DNA of 64,000 nucleotides from an uncultured Pelagibacteraceae bacterium (GCA_902589395.1 CACIST010000003.1:13728-77727), one strand, 5' to 3'; positions 28,574 to 39,569 are shown, counted from the first letter of the stretch. The notes: generated by a model from the letters alone, not told the origin. Made by a program: numbers and translations.

Positions 28574-29733
28574 AGAAAAAAAAATTAGTCTCTGTTAGAA
28601 ATCCAGAATTAACCACACTTAAAGATAATAAAGCTTCATGGAACCTTCCTAAAACAAGAAGGTATGGTTATAGAAATTTACATAAAATCAATAGATACAG
28701 TATTTTTTTAAGATCTGATTTAATATTAAAATTAAACTCTAAACCAAATAAAACTATCGCTAAGTTTCCTTTAGTAAAGAAGATGACTAAAAATAAATCT
28801 TTTTGTTCATTAATTGTTGGTAACCGTCAAAATATATTATTTGAAAAATATGCCAAAGATTTTAAAAAAAATCAGCCTCAAACAATTATGTCCATTACAA
28901 AAATGTTCGTTAATTTATTTATTGGAGAATTGGTTACAAAAAATTTAATAGATCTTAATAAAAAAGTTTCTCACTATTTGCCAAAAATTGGAAGCGGATA
29001 TGCAAATGCAAAGATCCAAGATGTCTTAAACATGAATGTTATAAATTCTTATACTGAAGATTATACTAAGGCATACTCATCTTCCTTTATGCATGAACCT
29101 GTTGGAGGATGGAGGTTGCCCAAAAATCTTAAAAATCATCTTAGCCAGGAAGAATATTTAAATACAATTAAAAAATCTAAAAATAAAAGTTTAATTAATA
29201 ATTCTGAATATGCTTTTTATAAATCTGCAAATACTGATGTAGTAGGACTTATAATTGAAAAAGTTAGTGGTAGAACTTTAAGAGATTGGGTTTTATCTGC
29301 AGTTGAGGCTGCAGGATTTGAAGATGGGTTATATATTGCATCAGATAGATATGGTATGCCTTGGATGTCTGGAGGTGGTTGCTTAATTACAAGAGACTTT
29401 TTACGAATGGGTTTACTTTTCGCAAGAAAAGGAATGGGTGTTGAGAATAGAAAAGTTGGATCTTCATCATTTTTAAACAAAACAATTGTTAATGTAGGTC
29501 CCAAATATATGAATTTATCAAAAGACAAATATTTATATTATTCAAATTCTACAATGGTTTCAGGCAATATGATTGGGCACTCAGGGTATGGTGGTCAGTT
29601 TCTTGCAACTAATTTTAAAACTGGGAATGTAGCCGCTTTTTTTTCTGTTCTAGAAACGAAATCAGCAACAAAAGATAGTTATAAAACAGATATGATCAAC
29701 ATGCTGATAGATTTAGTTAATAAAAAATATTAA
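28570..29733 (+). CDS. Serine hydrolase, beta-lactamase fold (NylB/class C-like)
   Basis: MSITK (SxxK), YKSANT, RDFLRMG, GHSGYGGQ. Confidence 0.85.
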   Translation: MKKKKLVSVRNPELTTLKDNKASWNLPKTRRYGYRNLHKINRYSIFLRSDLILKLNSKPNKTIAKFPLVKKMTKNKSFCSLIVGNRQNILFEKYAKDFKKNQPQTIMSITKMFVNLFIGELVTKNLIDLNKKVSHYLPKIGSGYANAKIQDVLNMNVINSYTEDYTKAYSSSFMHEPVGGWRLPKNLKNHLSQEEYLNTIKKSKNKSLINNSEYAFYKSANTDVVGLIIEKVSGRTLRDWVLSAVEAAGFEDGLYIASDRYGMPWMSGGGCLITRDFLRMGLLFARKGMGVENRKVGSSSFLNKTIVNVGPKYMNLSKDKYLYYSNSTMVSGNMIGHSGYGGQFLATNFKTGNVAAFFSVLETKSATKDSYKTDMINMLIDLVNKKY

Positions 29734-29734
29734 A

Positions 29735-30724
29735 TTAAGAATAGGTCTCAATTAGTTTTTTTAGATGTTTGTCTGTAACACCACAGCATCCGCCAATAAT
29801 TTGGATCTGGTTGTCAATTAACTTTTCACATTCATTAGCAAATTCTTCCTCTGTAGAAGTTACAATAGCTTTATGGGACTTTGTATCAAACTTATGTATC
29901 TCAGGATAGAACATCATCGGACCATTCCAATTATTTTTAATTATATTCAATCCTTCAAAAGCATCTACAAACCAGGTATGCATGATACCATAAACATCTC
30001 CACCCATATTTGTAAGGGATTTTACAATGTCATTTAATAGTACAATTTTATCATCAGGAATAAATTTTGGTTGCTCTTTATATTTGGTTTCATCGTAGAT
30101 TAACGAAGTTTCTTTTTCCGCGCTAAAATTTCTGCCAATTACACTATTATCAAATTTACTTATACAAGAACTTAATCCAACCCAAACTGGTAAGTCAGTT
30201 TCTAAGGCAGCATTCAATAGAATTTTTGAATGATCAATATCAAGTAACATTTCTAAAATTAAAATATCTACCCCTTCCTCTTTCAGAATTTTTGCAGCTT
30301 CTTTATAATTTTGTTCCTCCTGTTTAAAAGAAGGTATGTACTTAGGATTTGGCACAAATTCATTTTCCTTCAGTGAAAAAAAATTTGATAAACTTCCAGC
30401 AATTCCAATTTTACTTTCTTTACCTTTATTTTGAATTGCTTGTCTGGATAATTTTAATGATTGAATAATAAATTCTTTAACTTCATCTCCACGATTTATA
30501 CTTTCAAGATTATGTCTGGTAGAACTAAAAGTATTTGCAGTAATTAGATCACAACCAGCATCAATAAACTTTTCATGAACCTTAATTACTATTTCTGGAG
30601 ATAATATTGAGGCTAAGGCAGAAAAAGCAGGAGACATTTCACCTCCCAATTTTGCAATTTCAGAACCGTTTCCACCATCTAAGAATATTTTTGAATTTGA
30701 TTTTAACTTTTCTTTAAAAAGCAT
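29735..30724 (-). CDS. Homocysteine S-methyltransferase family protein (second paralogue)
   Basis: FLDGGNGSE, VHEKFIDAGCDLITANTF, IAGSLS, FYPE, IIGGCCG. Confidence 0.9.
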   Translation of the reverse strand: MLFKEKLKSNSKIFLDGGNGSEIAKLGGEMSPAFSALASILSPEIVIKVHEKFIDAGCDLITANTFSSTRHNLESINRGDEVKEFIIQSLKLSRQAIQNKGKESKIGIAGSLSNFFSLKENEFVPNPKYIPSFKQEEQNYKEAAKILKEEGVDILILEMLLDIDHSKILLNAALETDLPVWVGLSSCISKFDNSVIGRNFSAEKETSLIYDETKYKEQPKFIPDDKIVLLNDIVKSLTNMGGDVYGIMHTWFVDAFEGLNIIKNNWNGPMMFYPEIHKFDTKSHKAIVTSTEEEFANECEKLIDNQIQIIGGCCGVTDKHLKKLIETYS

Positions 30725-31618
30725 TTATTTTTCATCTTTTGGTGCAAGCACTACGGCTAATACTCCTCCTAATACAATCATTGTACTTCCAACAACTTCT
30801 CGCCAACCAAATGTTTCGTCTGTTAAAATACCAGCAGAAATAACTCCAACAACTACTTCGCTTAAATATAATATAGCACAAAGACCTGCTCCTAATACTG
30901 AGGGTGACCACATGATAACTACCCCTGTTGGAATAAAATAAAATACTGAAATAAGAACTAAAAAAGTAAACATTGATGTGAACGCTTCAATAGGTGGCAT
31001 AGGCCCTAGATAATCTTTTAAAATAAAGCCAGCAAAAATATTAAATATTGTTCCATAAACAAAAAATGAAAATATTACCGGAAAAACACCATCTGTTTTT
31101 GTAATTTCTAAACGTACTAGGCCAGCTCCAAAAAGTACACCTCCGACCAGCGCCAACAAATCACCTGCATTTTGTGGTAATGGTATAATATTAGATTGAC
31201 TGAATACAACCCACAAACCTCCAAGTGCTAAACTTAGCGTTAAAACCCTTTCTAAACCAGGTCTTTTCTTTAAAAAATATATTTCAAATATGGTTGTCCA
31301 GATAGGTATCATGTAAAACATGATCAATGCTCGAACAACATCTGTTAATAAAAAACTTAAAGCGTAACATATAAAACCACTACCAGTTAAAAAACCAACA
31401 AAGGGAATTTCTAATCCTGATGTTCGACCTTTAAATTTTCTCCACAAAGAGAAGGGTGTAAGCAATATAATACCAATCATCATTTGAGAAATAGTTCCCC
31501 AACCTCCAGTTAATCCACCATCCTCTAAAATTCTTTGAGGAAGCCAATAAACCCCCCATGATCCGGCAGCTATGGCTAATGCAAAAGCTATTTTAAAATG
31601 ATGTTTGTGTCTGACCAT
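30725..31618 (-). CDS. DMT/EamA family transporter
   Basis: About 10 hydrophobic segments, WG.YWLP, FY..PIW, SEVV. Confidence 0.87.
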   Translation of the reverse strand: MVRHKHHFKIAFALAIAAGSWGVYWLPQRILEDGGLTGGWGTISQMMIGIILLTPFSLWRKFKGRTSGLEIPFVGFLTGSGFICYALSFLLTDVVRALIMFYMIPIWTTIFEIYFLKKRPGLERVLTLSLALGGLWVVFSQSNIIPLPQNAGDLLALVGGVLFGAGLVRLEITKTDGVFPVIFSFFVYGTIFNIFAGFILKDYLGPMPPIEAFTSMFTFLVLISVFYFIPTGVVIMWSPSVLGAGLCAILYLSEVVVGVISAGILTDETFGWREVVGSTMIVLGGVLAVVLAPKDEK

Positions 31619-33036
31619 TAATTTAGTTTTGGTTTATGATTAGAAAAATTAAAAATTTCCTCATATTTTTTTGCAAAAGATATCACTTTTAAATCTTCTT
31701 TTTGTTTAGCTATAATTTGTATACCAATTGGAAATCCATCCTTATTAAACCCAATTGGTAATGAAATCGATGGTAAGTAAAAAAGACTAGCAAATATATG
31801 GATTTCAATCCATCTATGGTAAGTATCCATTAGTTGATCATTGATTTTTTCTGGGTGTTTTAAATTTTTGTCAAAAGGGAATGATTGTTGAGATGGTAGA
31901 GCTAAAAAATCAAAACTACCGAATAAACTATTTACATCATTTGATAATTCAATTCTAGAATTAAGAGCTAATTTAACATCTTCTTCTGTGAGATTAATGC
32001 CTTTGTTGTATTCCCATATCGCCTGTGGTGTCATTTGATTAATTTCCTCGATGTTCATAGTAATAATATCTTCATAAATACTTTTAGCTCTTAATGTTCC
32101 CCAGCAATTCCACAACTTATTAGCATCTATTTTTGGTTTTAAGTATTCAATTATAATTTTATTCTTTTCAAGACTGTCTAATTGTTTATTACACATTTCA
32201 ACTAACTCAGGATCATATTGATAATTACCATTCATATCAGATAACCATCCTATCTTTATTTTTGAAAATTCTTGATCACTTATATTGGTATCTTTAAATG
32301 AGTTTGTTAAACTAAAAGAAATTGGATCCTCTTTGTGTTCTCCAGCTATTACATCTAAAAGAATAGCCATATCATCTGGTGTTCTTGCAAGACATCCTGG
32401 AGTTGAGATAATTGGAAGATTTTTTTTTTTATCATTTGTTCGATAGTCAGGCAAAAGTCCTGGTGTTGGTCTAAAACCATAAACATTTGCATAGGCTGCA
32501 GGAGTTCTGCAAGAACCCATCATATCTGTTCCATCTGCAAATGGTAGTAACTCAGCCGCAACAGCCACACCGGCTCCACCACTTGATCCTCCTGAAGATT
32601 GAGTATTACCATAAATATTTGGTGTAATTCCAAATAGTCTATTTGCTGTATGTGCACCTACACCTAACTCTGCGGTGTTTGTTTTACCTATCATTATACC
32701 TCCAGCATCTAATTGACGATCAACAATAATGGAATTTTTGTTTGGAAAATAATCTTTATATCCTGGAAAACCATAAGTAGTTGGAAAGTCCACTACATCT
32801 AATAGATCTTTTGATGCCAAAGGAAGACCAAACAATGGTTTACTTTCATCAAAGTTTTTATCTTTATCATTGGCCTCATTTATTATTTGTTCTTCATCTT
32901 TAATTGAGACAATGGCATTTAGAGAAGGGTTATATTTTTTAATTCTTTCTAAGTAAAAGTTAACAACTTCTCTTACTGAAATCTCTTTTTTTTTAATTAA
33001 AGAAATAATTTCTTTTACTGATCTATTTTCAAGCAT
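31618..33036 (-). CDS. Amidase (amidase-signature family)
   Basis: GLPLASKD, IGKTNT.E, GGSSGG, DGTDMMGSCRTPA Ser-cisSer-Lys motifs. Confidence 0.93.
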   Translation of the reverse strand: MLENRSVKEIISLIKKKEISVREVVNFYLERIKKYNPSLNAIVSIKDEEQIINEANDKDKNFDESKPLFGLPLASKDLLDVVDFPTTYGFPGYKDYFPNKNSIIVDRQLDAGGIMIGKTNTAELGVGAHTANRLFGITPNIYGNTQSSGGSSGGAGVAVAAELLPFADGTDMMGSCRTPAAYANVYGFRPTPGLLPDYRTNDKKKNLPIISTPGCLARTPDDMAILLDVIAGEHKEDPISFSLTNSFKDTNISDQEFSKIKIGWLSDMNGNYQYDPELVEMCNKQLDSLEKNKIIIEYLKPKIDANKLWNCWGTLRAKSIYEDIITMNIEEINQMTPQAIWEYNKGINLTEEDVKLALNSRIELSNDVNSLFGSFDFLALPSQQSFPFDKNLKHPEKINDQLMDTYHRWIEIHIFASLFYLPSISLPIGFNKDGFPIGIQIIAKQKEDLKVISFAKKYEEIFNFSNHKPKLN

Positions 33037-33048
33037 TAGAATTTACTA

Positions 33049-34239
33049 TTACCGAGCTTTTTTTATAGATGCTAGAGTCATTTCCTTTATTTCTTCTAAA
33101 GTTGCTTTTCTAGGATTTTGTCCATAGGCTTGATCTTTCATTGATTTTTCAGCAATTCTATCAACACAATCTTCAGGTACACCAATTTCGCTCAAACTTT
33201 TTGGAATTTTAATTCTATCAAGAATGTTTTCAATGTTTGATATAAATGCATCTACAGAATGATCTTTAAATTGCATAGCCTCTGACATTCTTTTAACTTT
33301 TTCTTCCATGCCTGGAAGATTATATTTTAAAACTACAGGCAATATTATTGCATTGGTTAGCCCGTGATGAGTATTATATTCGGCTCCAACCATATGAGCT
33401 ATAGCATGTACTAATCCTAAACCTTTTAAAAAAGAAATTCCTGCTAAACAAGATCCGACATGCATTCCACCTCTTGCAACTATGTTGCTAGGATCTTCTA
33501 CAGCTGTGACTAAAGATTTTGATATTAAAGATAAACCTTCTAAAGCAGCACCATCACACATTGGATTAAAACCAGGAACACAATAACCTTCTATGCCATG
33601 GATTAAAGCATCTGCACCAGTCCATGCCGTTAAATTTGCTGGCAATCCAATAGTTAGTTCTGGATCTAACAATGCTAAGGAAGGTCTAACATCTGGATGC
33701 CACATACAAAATTTCATGCCTTCTTTTAAATAAGTAACCATAGCTGAAATTTCTGTTTCAGCACCAGTGCCTGCGGTAGTAGGAATGGTTATGATTTTTG
33801 GAAAAGGATTATCTTTACTAATTATTGGAGGAGTTAATTCAAACTCAAAATCTCTAAGTGGTACGTCATTATTAGCTGTAAGGCATATCAATTTACCGCC
33901 ATCCATTGCACTTCCTCCACCTATTGCAATTATAGAGTCGTGATTACCATCTTTAAATTTTTTTACTCCATTTGAAACCTCGTCCTCTCTAGGATTTGGA
34001 GATATATCAAAAAATAAATCTGATTTTATATTTGAGCTATTTAGATAGCTTTGTAAATTTATAACAAATGGTAATTTTGGACTTCCTTTATCTGTAACTA
34101 TTAAAGGATTTTTAATATCTAAATTATTACAGATACTTCCTATTTCTTTTAATCTACCAGGACCATAAGCAATGTTAGTGGGAAATGTCCAGTCTTGATT
34201 GGATAGAATATCAGTTTCATTGAGTTTAAAACTTTGCAT
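33049..34239 (-). CDS. Iron-containing alcohol dehydrogenase
   Basis: IGGGSAMD, PTTAGTGAE, DALIHGIE, HAIAH, HHGLTN. Confidence 0.94.
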   Translation of the reverse strand: MQSFKLNETDILSNQDWTFPTNIAYGPGRLKEIGSICNNLDIKNPLIVTDKGSPKLPFVINLQSYLNSSNIKSDLFFDISPNPREDEVSNGVKKFKDGNHDSIIAIGGGSAMDGGKLICLTANNDVPLRDFEFELTPPIISKDNPFPKIITIPTTAGTGAETEISAMVTYLKEGMKFCMWHPDVRPSLALLDPELTIGLPANLTAWTGADALIHGIEGYCVPGFNPMCDGAALEGLSLISKSLVTAVEDPSNIVARGGMHVGSCLAGISFLKGLGLVHAIAHMVGAEYNTHHGLTNAIILPVVLKYNLPGMEEKVKRMSEAMQFKDHSVDAFISNIENILDRIKIPKSLSEIGVPEDCVDRIAEKSMKDQAYGQNPRKATLEEIKEMTLASIKKAR

Positions 34240-34275
34240 AACTTAGATAAAGTATACAATTTTAAAAAATTATAA

Positions 34276-35208
34276 ATGAATATTTCGTCCGAAAAAACAG
34301 ATTTAAAAAATACTTATTTAGCAATAATTACAATGCTCTTAGCAATTCTATGCGTAGACATGTATATGGTTGTAATTAAGTTTTTAGGAGATGAGTATTC
34401 GGTAATTCAGCTTGCTGTTTTTAGAAATATTGCAGGTGTTATTCCTCTTTTTATTCTAATTCTATTTACAAAAGAGTATTTCTCAATTTTCAAAAATTTA
34501 AACAACAAATTTATAATTTTAAGCTTTTTAAGAGGACTTGCTTTCTTGTCTATGAATATCTTCATATTTATCTCAGTAATTAATCTTGAATTTGCAACTG
34601 CAATGGTTCTTACATTTTCGTCACCATTTTTCATAGTAATTTTATCAATAATTTTTTTAAATGATAAGGTGGGTATTTATCGATGGTCAGCAATATTTAT
34701 TGGATTTTTTGGAGTTGTATTAATTGTTCAGCCAGGAAGTGATATATTTAGTTTTTATTCAGTATTTCCTGTATTAACTGCGATTGCTTGGGCTTTTACA
34801 GTTATAATTTTAAAATTTATACCAGATGGACACTCAACAGCAAAAATACAACTTTATACTTTAATCTTTAATGTAATTGGTGGAATAATATTATTTTTAA
34901 TAACCACTGGACATACTGATATTAAAAGTTCTCAAGACTTTCTGTTAATGGTTTTGACTGGAATACTAGGTGGGACTGCTGCAATACTTTTCATTTATGC
35001 TTATAGATTAATTTCTGCAAGCAAGATGGCATCTTTTGAATATTTTGGCATCCCATCATCTTTTGTTTTAGGTTGGTGGTTTTTTAACGAGGCACCTTGG
35101 GAACAATTATTTCCTGGAGTTTTTGTAATTGTATTTGCAGGAATGATAATTATTTGGAGAGATAAGGTTAAACAAAAAAGTACTAAGGTAAGTAGAGAGA
35201 TTAATTAG
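34276..35208 (+). CDS. DMT/EamA family transporter
   Basis: FSSPFF, DKVGIYRW, GFFGV.LIVQPG, FEY motifs. Confidence 0.88.
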   Translation: MNISSEKTDLKNTYLAIITMLLAILCVDMYMVVIKFLGDEYSVIQLAVFRNIAGVIPLFILILFTKEYFSIFKNLNNKFIILSFLRGLAFLSMNIFIFISVINLEFATAMVLTFSSPFFIVILSIIFLNDKVGIYRWSAIFIGFFGVVLIVQPGSDIFSFYSVFPVLTAIAWAFTVIILKFIPDGHSTAKIQLYTLIFNVIGGIILFLITTGHTDIKSSQDFLLMVLTGILGGTAAILFIYAYRLISASKMASFEYFGIPSSFVLGWWFFNEAPWEQLFPGVFVIVFAGMIIIWRDKVKQKSTKVSREIN

Positions 35209-36247
35209 CAGACTTCATTGACTTCATAACTATTGCTCTATCAATTTCACCAATCAATTTTCCTGTATCTGTATCTACAACTGGAAATTTCTGATCTGTA
35301 TCAACTAGTTTATCAATCAATGTCTCAATTTTTGAGTCATGTGGAATATTATTAGATCCATCTTCAAACAATTTTTTTGTATCATCACAACATTCTTCTC
35401 TCATTACCTTGCTTGCACTTAAGACTTTGTATTTTGGAACATCCTCACAAAAATCTTTTACATATTGATCTTTAGGATTTGCAACAATTTCCTCTGGAGT
35501 ACCAACTTGTGAAACCTCTCCATCTTTCATAATAGCAATATGATCTCCCATCTTTATGGCTTCTAAGAAATCGTGCGTAATAAAAACCATTGTCTTTTGA
35601 AGTTTTTCTTGAATTTTTAACAATTCATCCTGCATTTCTCTCCTAATTAGTGGGTCAAGTGCAGAAAAAGGTTCATCAAAAATTAAGATTTCTGGATCAA
35701 CTGCAAGTGCCCTTGCCAGTCCAACTCTTTGTTGCATACCACCAGAAAGTTCTCTTGGATAATTATTATGCCAACCTTCTAAGCCTACCATTTTTAAAAC
35801 GTCCATTGACTTTTCTATTCGATCATTTTTTTTGTTACCTCTAATCTCTAATCCATAACCAATATTTTCAACTACTGTTCTATGAGGGAACAATCCAAAG
35901 TGTTGAAAAACCATACTCATTTTATTTCTTCTTAAATCTAAAAGGTCTCTACCATTCATTTTCGTCACATCAACATCATCCATTTTAACTGTACCAGAAG
36001 TTGGTTCAATTAATCTTGAAATACATCTAACTAAAGTTGATTTTCCACTTCCGGATAAACCCATTACAACAAAAGTTTCACCTTTCTCAATTGAAAAGCT
36101 TACATCTTTAACTGCAACAACATGTCCAGTTTTTTCTTGGACTTCTTTTATTGATAAATTTTTATCTAAATCCTTAATAATTCTTTTTTCGTCTGGGCCA
36201 AATAATTTCCAAACATTAGTACAAGTTATTTTTGCTTGATTGCTCAT
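35201..36247 (-). CDS. Quaternary amine ABC ATP-binding protein (ProV/OpuAA family), copy 1
   Basis: [44 protein letters not shown], degenerate CBS tail. Confidence 0.94.
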   Translation of the reverse strand: MSNQAKITCTNVWKLFGPDEKRIIKDLDKNLSIKEVQEKTGHVVAVKDVSFSIEKGETFVVMGLSGSGKSTLVRCISRLIEPTSGTVKMDDVDVTKMNGRDLLDLRRNKMSMVFQHFGLFPHRTVVENIGYGLEIRGNKKNDRIEKSMDVLKMVGLEGWHNNYPRELSGGMQQRVGLARALAVDPEILIFDEPFSALDPLIRREMQDELLKIQEKLQKTMVFITHDFLEAIKMGDHIAIMKDGEVSQVGTPEEIVANPKDQYVKDFCEDVPKYKVLSASKVMREECCDDTKKLFEDGSNNIPHDSKIETLIDKLVDTDQKFPVVDTDTGKLIGEIDRAIVMKSMKSAN

Positions 36248-36328
36248 ATTTTGTTATTTTAATAACATAAAAATAGACAATATTTTCCTTTAAAAGTAAA
36301 ATTATTTATTTTAAAATTTTAAATAATT

Positions 36329-38446
36329 ATGTCATCTGAAGTCTCAAGTATTCAAGGTAAATCAATTTCATCTAAAAATATAATTACATATTCTTTAGTT
36401 CTATTAACTTTTTTAGTTGCTTTATGGTTATCTTTTCAAAGTGAGGGTCCTTCAAAAATGCCAAAGGTAGTAACTGATCAATTTACATTTACTGCATGGG
36501 TTAATGAAGGTGAGGATTATTTAAAAAAAAATTATAGATGGATTACGAAAATAATAGCTAGTTATATTAAAAATATTTATTATTTTGTTGAAGACTTTCT
36601 TCTCGATTCTCCTTGGCTTTTAATTGCAGCATTAATATTTTTACCTTGTTTAATTGCAGGTGGCTTGAGATTGGGTTTGTATTCTTTATTCGTAATTTAT
36701 TTTTGGGGTGCTACAGGTATGTGGGAACCATCCCTTCAAACTGTAGCATTGATGGGTTTGTCTGTATTAATGTGTGTAGTTGTGGGTGTAACCTTGGGAG
36801 TGATGTGCTCTCAGAGCGATCGATTTGAAAATTTTATGAAACCTATTTTAGATACAATGCAAGTGATGCCAGCTTTTGTTTATCTGTTTCCTGCTCTATT
36901 CTTTTTTGGCATTGGAGGAGCTCCAGCTATATTGGCCACTATGATTTATTCCATGCCTCCAATAATTAGATTAACAAATACAGGAATTAGACAAGTTTCG
37001 GCGGAGACAATAGAGTCAGCAACGTCATTTGGCTCAAGTAAATTACAACTTTTATTTAAAATTAAAATTCCACTTTCATTACCGAGTATAATGATGGGTA
37101 TTAACCAAGTTATAATGATGGCATTGGCACTTGTAGTTCTTGCGTGTTTTATCGGAGCTGAAGGGATTGGTGGTCAAGTGTGGCAAGCAATTAGAAGACT
37201 TGATGTTGGATGGGCAATGGAAGGAGGACTTTGTATTCTTTTTATGGCAATAATGTTTGACAGATTTAGTATGTCTTTCAGTAAAACAGAACAATCTCTT
37301 CCCTCTAATGTTCAAAAATTTTATTTACTCCCTCAATCTTGGGAAAAATATTTAATCGCAAGACTCATAGAAAAACCTTTAGAATTTTTAAGTGGATTAA
37401 CAAATTTTGTCTGTATTAATTTAACAAGGTCAATTGCTTATGTATTTGAATTTTGTATTTCATTATCAAATAAAAATACTGCAAGAGATATAGGTGAGGC
37501 TATAACAAGAAGATATTATATCATACCTTCATTTTTACTTATTCTGGCAATTTCCTTTATAGACTCTTACATGATAAGTATTGGATCTTTTCCTGAAGAA
37601 TGGAGATTGTCAATTAGACAACCTATTTCTAATGCTGTTGACTCTTTGACAGTTAACCCAGGCTTTATTGCATTTACTAAAGCTCTAAGAGGATTTGTTT
37701 ATCTTAAACTCTTGCGACCGCTAGATATTTTCTTAACTCACGTACCATGGTGGTACACATTAGGTGTATTCTCTGCGATTGGGTATTTCACTGTTGGTAT
37801 AAGATTTGCAATCATCACTGCTTTGTTATTGCTATTCATTGGTGCTTGTGGGATATGGCCTCAATCAATGATAACACTTTCATCTGTTTTAGTGTCTGTA
37901 GCTTTATGTTTTATCATTGGAGTTCCTCTTGGAATAATTGCTTCTTACAATGAGAGATTTAGAAATGTTCAAAACGTAGTTTTAGATGCTATGCAGACAT
38001 TACCTTACTTCTGTTATTTAATTCCCGTATTAATGTTTTTTGGAGGAGGAGTTGTTTCAGCTATATTGGCAACAGTTATATACTCTATACCACCTATAAT
38101 TAGATTAACTTCTTTAGGTTTAACTCAAGTATCTGGAACCTACTCAGAAGTTTCACGTTCATTTGGTGGTACTTTATTACAAACTTTAAATAAAATTAAA
38201 TTCCCATTAGCAGTTCCAAGTTTAGTGATTGGATTTAATCAAACAGTAATAATGGCTTTTGCTATGCAAATTGTTACACCTTTAATTGGTGGAAAGGGAC
38301 TAGGCTTAGAAGTATTTAATGGATTAGCTAGATCAGATACTGGGAGAGGTTTGGCCGCAGGTATAGGTATAGTGTTATTAGCAATAATTATCGATAGAAT
38401 ATCGCTTGCTTGGACAAAAAAACAAAGAGAAGCCTTGGGTTTATAA
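36329..38446 (+). CDS. Quaternary amine ABC permease, fused double ProW
   Basis: Two LD.MQ.[ML]P.F.YL and PPIIRLT..G..QVS repeats in one 705-aa polypeptide. Confidence 0.93.
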   Translation: MSSEVSSIQGKSISSKNIITYSLVLLTFLVALWLSFQSEGPSKMPKVVTDQFTFTAWVNEGEDYLKKNYRWITKIIASYIKNIYYFVEDFLLDSPWLLIAALIFLPCLIAGGLRLGLYSLFVIYFWGATGMWEPSLQTVALMGLSVLMCVVVGVTLGVMCSQSDRFENFMKPILDTMQVMPAFVYLFPALFFFGIGGAPAILATMIYSMPPIIRLTNTGIRQVSAETIESATSFGSSKLQLLFKIKIPLSLPSIMMGINQVIMMALALVVLACFIGAEGIGGQVWQAIRRLDVGWAMEGGLCILFMAIMFDRFSMSFSKTEQSLPSNVQKFYLLPQSWEKYLIARLIEKPLEFLSGLTNFVCINLTRSIAYVFEFCISLSNKNTARDIGEAITRRYYIIPSFLLILAISFIDSYMISIGSFPEEWRLSIRQPISNAVDSLTVNPGFIAFTKALRGFVYLKLLRPLDIFLTHVPWWYTLGVFSAIGYFTVGIRFAIITALLLLFIGACGIWPQSMITLSSVLVSVALCFIIGVPLGIIASYNERFRNVQNVVLDAMQTLPYFCYLIPVLMFFGGGVVSAILATVIYSIPPIIRLTSLGLTQVSGTYSEVSRSFGGTLLQTLNKIKFPLAVPSLVIGFNQTVIMAFAMQIVTPLIGGKGLGLEVFNGLARSDTGRGLAAGIGIVLLAIIIDRISLAWTKKQREALGL

Positions 38447-38536
38447 AATCAAGAAAAAGATACATTTTTCTCAGTTTACAAACGACAGGTTTTTGTTTTA
38501 AGATATATCTTTAATTAATTAAAAGAGAGGAAATAA

Positions 38537-39547
38537 ATGAGGTTATCAAAAACAATATCAGCTCTATTTTTATCTTTCGTAATTTTATTTGCTAGTCTTA
38601 CTCAGGCAAATGCAAAAAGATTACATGCTGCTATTGCTGACTGGACAGGTGGAATTATCACTTGTGAAGTTGCAGTAGGAATTCTTGAAAGAGAAATGGG
38701 CTACAAAATTAAACAAACAGTATTCCCGTCAGGAACTGGATTATGGGAAGCAATTGCTGCTGGTGAACTTGATTTTGCTTGTGAAAGCTGGCCAAGTTAT
38801 GCAGAGGCAGATGATGTTATGTTTAACGAAGATTTAATTTACGATGGTAAAGTTGTAAAATCATACAAGGGAGATGGAACAGTTGATCTTTTAGGAACAA
38901 CTGGAATTATCGGTATGTCTGATTACTGGATCCCAAGATATGCAGCTGAAAAATTTGGAATTAAAACTTGGAGAGATTTAAACAAACATAAGAAAGAGTT
39001 TGCAACAATTGAAACTGGTGGCAAAGGAAGATTAATTGGATGTCCTGTAGCTGGTTGGAACTGTCACGACCAAAAAAGATTAGATCTTTTAGGAATTGAC
39101 TTTCAAGCAGATGAACTTGGAACAGAGGCTGCTGCAGTTGCAGAAGCTAAAGCTGCTTACATGAGAAAAGAACCATTCTTATTATACCTATGGTCACCAC
39201 ACTGGTTCTTTGGTGAGTTTGATATGGTAGGCGTAGGTCTTCCTGATTACAAAACTTGTGCAGGAGATACATTTACTGAAGCAAACAACTGGAAAACTTG
39301 TGGTACAGATGGATGGCCAGCAACTGGTTGGGATAAAGATTACACTATGAATTATGGAAATCCTGACACATTTGCTAAACCAGAACATGCTAAAGCAAAA
39401 GCTTTTTTTGAAAGAATGAAGTTAGACAACTTAGACCAAGCTAAAATGCTTGTTGAAGTTGACATCAAAAAAAGAGACGTAAAAGAAGTTGTAAATGAGT
39501 GGTTAGACAACAATCCAGATAAGTGGAAAAGTTGGTTACCTAACTAA
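38537..39547 (+). CDS. Glycine betaine/choline/carnitine-family ABC substrate-binding protein (ProX/OpuAC)
   Basis: Signal peptide, DWTG, E.WP, GRLIGCPVAGWNC, YLWSPHW, W..W C-terminus; SD agagagga. Confidence 0.9.
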   Translation: MRLSKTISALFLSFVILFASLTQANAKRLHAAIADWTGGIITCEVAVGILEREMGYKIKQTVFPSGTGLWEAIAAGELDFACESWPSYAEADDVMFNEDLIYDGKVVKSYKGDGTVDLLGTTGIIGMSDYWIPRYAAEKFGIKTWRDLNKHKKEFATIETGGKGRLIGCPVAGWNCHDQKRLDLLGIDFQADELGTEAAAVAEAKAAYMRKEPFLLYLWSPHWFFGEFDMVGVGLPDYKTCAGDTFTEANNWKTCGTDGWPATGWDKDYTMNYGNPDTFAKPEHAKAKAFFERMKLDNLDQAKMLVEVDIKKRDVKEVVNEWLDNNPDKWKSWLPN

Positions 39548-39569
39548 AAATTAAACTTTAAAAAATAAT

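Noticed and set aside
28570-29733. Antibiotic-resistance beta-lactamase
   Set aside because: No signal peptide; the motifs fit cytoplasmic NylB/esterase-like serine hydrolases
38537-39547. TMAO-binding protein TmoX
   Set aside because: It lacks the HNWSSQ-type N-terminal motif I recall for TmoX, and no tmm/tdm genes are in the window
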